From the NCBI GenBank assembly GCA_965113315.1, contig OZ220368.1: 64,000 nt of DNA, one strand, 5' to 3'. The number at the start of each line of letters is the position of its first letter. Position 1 is the stretch's first letter. This stretch comes from Podarcis vaucheri. Its lineage: Eukaryota. The notes beneath the pieces were generated by a model that saw only the letters and a list, made by a program, of their open reading frames with translations, had not been told where the DNA came from and ran no database searches. Both the position numbers and the translations under genes were made by a program. Below are positions 61,112 to 64,000 of this stretch, piece after piece.

Positions 61112-63599
61112 TATTCTCTACTACAGTAACTGATTTCATGAGGGTCTCAAATAGGCCTCGCTTGATATAGTTTGCCACTGCTCTTTTTCCATTTCTATAA
61201 TAAAAGGTAATTTTTTGCAGTGATGCCTTTCTAGGCTCTGAGCCTAGGATAACTGGAGATGCTCCACTGTTGAGTCTTGTTGGCTTCCATAGGTGCATGT
61301 TGTCACAAACTGAGTCTCCCACCTTGCTTCTCGCTTGTATCATGATCACATAGCATCATAACATGTTATGATCATACCTGTGATATGATAGCAGGCTACA
61401 GGCAAACTTTGACCAAAGGTGTGTCAAGGTAGCAACCTTGAATGCAACAAATCCATATGTTCTAAATGCACCCACATCCTCATTCCATGCTTCTCCCTTG
61501 TCCGCTTGCACCACTCCACACTGCAGGTGTTGGTGTTGGTTATAAGACCATCACAAGCTGTGCAGTGGCTGAATATATACAGTACCATTCAATTAAAGCA
61601 CATTAAAAGCACATGGCTTACCCCAAAGAATATTGGGGCCTGTAGTTTGTTAAGGGTGCCAGGAGCTGTGTGGTATAAACTGCCAAATATGCATACATAA
61701 TCATTTAATTGTATGCCACCTTTCTACAGTTGAAACCATGCTCAAGCCGGCTTACAACATGAAAAAGTTCAAAACACAGCAAAAGTAGTCAGAAACAATA
61801 AATAAAACATCAAAAAGTACACAACCAAATTGAACAATTTCCACATAAATTATAATAAAGATACAAAAATAATAACAGCAACTAACAGCAACAGTAACTC
61901 CCTAACAGGCGACCATCTGGTGGGAGGCGAGGACCCTTGCCCTCCCCCCAATTTTCAAGGAGGGGGATGGGCCCCCTCAATATCCTGTGGCAACGTGCAT
62001 TCCTTTATTTATTTAACATTTATTTATTTTTATTTATTTAAGATATTTATACCTTGCCCTTCAATAAAATTATATGGGAATCTTGCAAAATTTCAGACAC
62101 AATGAAAGAAATTTTTAAAAACCCTTAAAAAAATATGCCCCCCCCCCCCCCGTTTCCTAATGCATGCTTTGTCGTTGCTGTTTTCCCAAGGGCATTTGTG
62201 AAATTTGTGGAGTTAAAGTAGGCTAACCAACTGATGCTGCTGTTATTTTTGAATGAGCCACTGACCCATATTTCTGTAGCCCAGGGGATGGAAAGGGAAT
62301 CCTGGACTTATTCCAGTACAGTGTATGTACATACTCTCACCCCACTGAATAGATAACCAGTGTTCTGGTAACACTATCTGTGCACCAATCACCTCTTATG
62401 CGGGTGATGGTCAGAAATCGGCACTTATGCGGCCCCCACAGTGTATTCATACCCTCCAGCCTAGATAAAGCATGGTTAGACATTCTGATTTTCCCCTTGC
62501 CTGTGAGAAGGTAATCAAATCTATCCCTAAGCAGCAAACTCTGCATTGAGCAATGTGATGCAGTACATGCACTCTTTCTTCTGGTTATATCAGAAGCTAC
62601 CCCTAAATTGTTTGATTAATAAGAGCACAATTTCTTCATCTTCTTTCCCCTGCCTGTGTATATTTTTTACCCCTATCTTCAGTGGTTCTTCATGTGTCAG
62701 CAAATGCAGGAGGGCTGCACTTCCTGGCTGTAACCTCCATCATCATGTGGTGGCCCCTCCCTCCCAGTCTTACTGCATTGAACATGGAGGCCTGAAGAAG
62801 GAAATTACTCCTGCCCAGGCAACCCAAGACACCATGCTCTTGGTGAGAGTAGACCCCTACTGAATTGAATCAGGAATTCCCTTTTCTCCCCCTAACTAGT
62901 ATTGTGATTGAACCTGCCCTTGGGATCCAGAAGCCCTAGGCATGAAAGTCAAGAGTCAGAGTCGGCAGGACACACAACACCATAGGTGGAATCAGCAGTC
63001 ACAGTCCCATTCTGCCTCTATGCACATGCGAAGATTGTTTTTGTGAATAGAGCTAAGGGATAACAGTATTCTTATCCGAACTAGCAGAAGGACACAGCAC
63101 CAGCGCCATATTAGTCCCCACTCCCCATTGCAGTGCACATCCATAAGAACTTAGGTCCAAATACTAATTGATCACTATAAACGTGTGTGGAGCCTCTTTC
63201 ATGCTCATGTTTAGGTTAGCTTCATCCCCACTTTCAGGCAGAGTCGGTGGATGTGAGACTAAAACGAGGACTCCTGGCCTGGGGAGTGAAAGCAGTACTA
63301 GTTACAAACAGAGCTGTGGGTTCACAGATACTCCCTCCCTTTTCCTGTTTTGTTGCAAAAAGAGAACAGATAAAGGGTAAAGCCTCACCGTGCGCTGTTG
63401 ATGAACTTTTTGTGGCCAGGTCCAACCCAGTTTACCAGAATGTCATCAGCATGATGACGTGTGCAAAACTCCCTCATATCTGTCTGTTAGGCTAGGTTTC
63501 TCCCACCTACGACAGGACGGATTCCCCTTAGGTTCTCTCCTCCCACCCCCATTACCAGTTAAAAATAATAATACACGTACTTAACTTTTGGTAGTGTGG

Positions 63600-63995
63600 G
63601 AACATTTTATTTGTTTATAAAATGAAGTATCTGTTGCCTTTTGGTCCCCGGAAAGGACCCCTAAGGCAGCTTGCATTTATAATAATGTGCAACACAAATA
63701 GACAAGAAGACTAAGTTGAGGTGAAGCTAGTTTAAACACAGTCAAGTATTTAAATAATCCAGAGCCGATACAACACCGATATTACATCTCACTAAACAAC
63801 CATAAGAATGGGAGCCAGGTGAAACTTGTGGAGGAAGGTGTTCTTGTGATATGGGTGGTACAACCAAAAAGGTTCTTCTGCAACTGAATGTACCTTTGAG
63901 GGCACTTGGAGATGGAACAAGGCCTCAGATGATGAACATGATGAACAGTTTACGTGAGGGGACAAGGCAGTCCTTCGAGTATCATGGTTCCACCA
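63600..63995 (-). mobile_element. Degenerate L2 3' fragment
   Basis: ttttatttgtttat tail, aaaaggttctt, aaggcctcagatgatga and gggacaaggcagtcctt motifs parallel the 42.4-42.7 kb element; boundaries approximate. Confidence 0.5.
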
Positions 63996-64000
63996 AACCA

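Noticed and set aside
37524-64000. GLI-binding sites for the neighbouring PTCH2
   Set aside because: Only imperfect matches seen (for example tgggtggta near 63853); no exact GACCACCCA noticed by eye
58672-64000. BTBD19 exon 5
   Set aside because: The acceptors I translated (near 59177, 60065, 62190 and 62682) do not give a BACK-domain-like peptide; the exon probably lies beyond the window

Overview
Eukaryotic genomic DNA from a squamate reptile, most likely a lacertid lizard, judging by the Sauria SINE type. It is the PLK3-DYNLT4(TCTEX1D4)-BTBD19 syntenic block. (1) PLK3 on +: coding exons 2-15 were assembled by hand from GT-AG sites (3059..13624, 592 codons plus stop; exon 1 lies upstream of the window), followed by a ~1.35 kb 3' UTR with AU-rich elements and a polyA signal near 14977. 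(2) DYNLT4/TCTEX1D4 on -: one 235-aa coding exon (19105..19812), tail-to-tail with PLK3. (3) BTBD19 on +: coding exons 1-4 (27340..58671), head-to-head with DYNLT4, with a ~21 kb intron 3; later exons were not found and probably lie beyond the window. Introns and intergenic DNA carry hAT and Tc1/mariner-pogo MITEs with TSDs, Sauria, CORE/MIR-like, tRNA-Lys and 5S-derived SINEs, L2, CR1 and L1 fragments, and microsatellites. Most ORFs in the six-frame track are spurious. I found no convincing novel multi-gene system. The best leads are regulatory (p53 half-site cluster, ARE plus miR-19 sites, RFX boxes, an in-frame uORF before BTBD19) and a nested Z-DNA/L1/MITE structure. Family names and human comparisons are from memory, not database searches.
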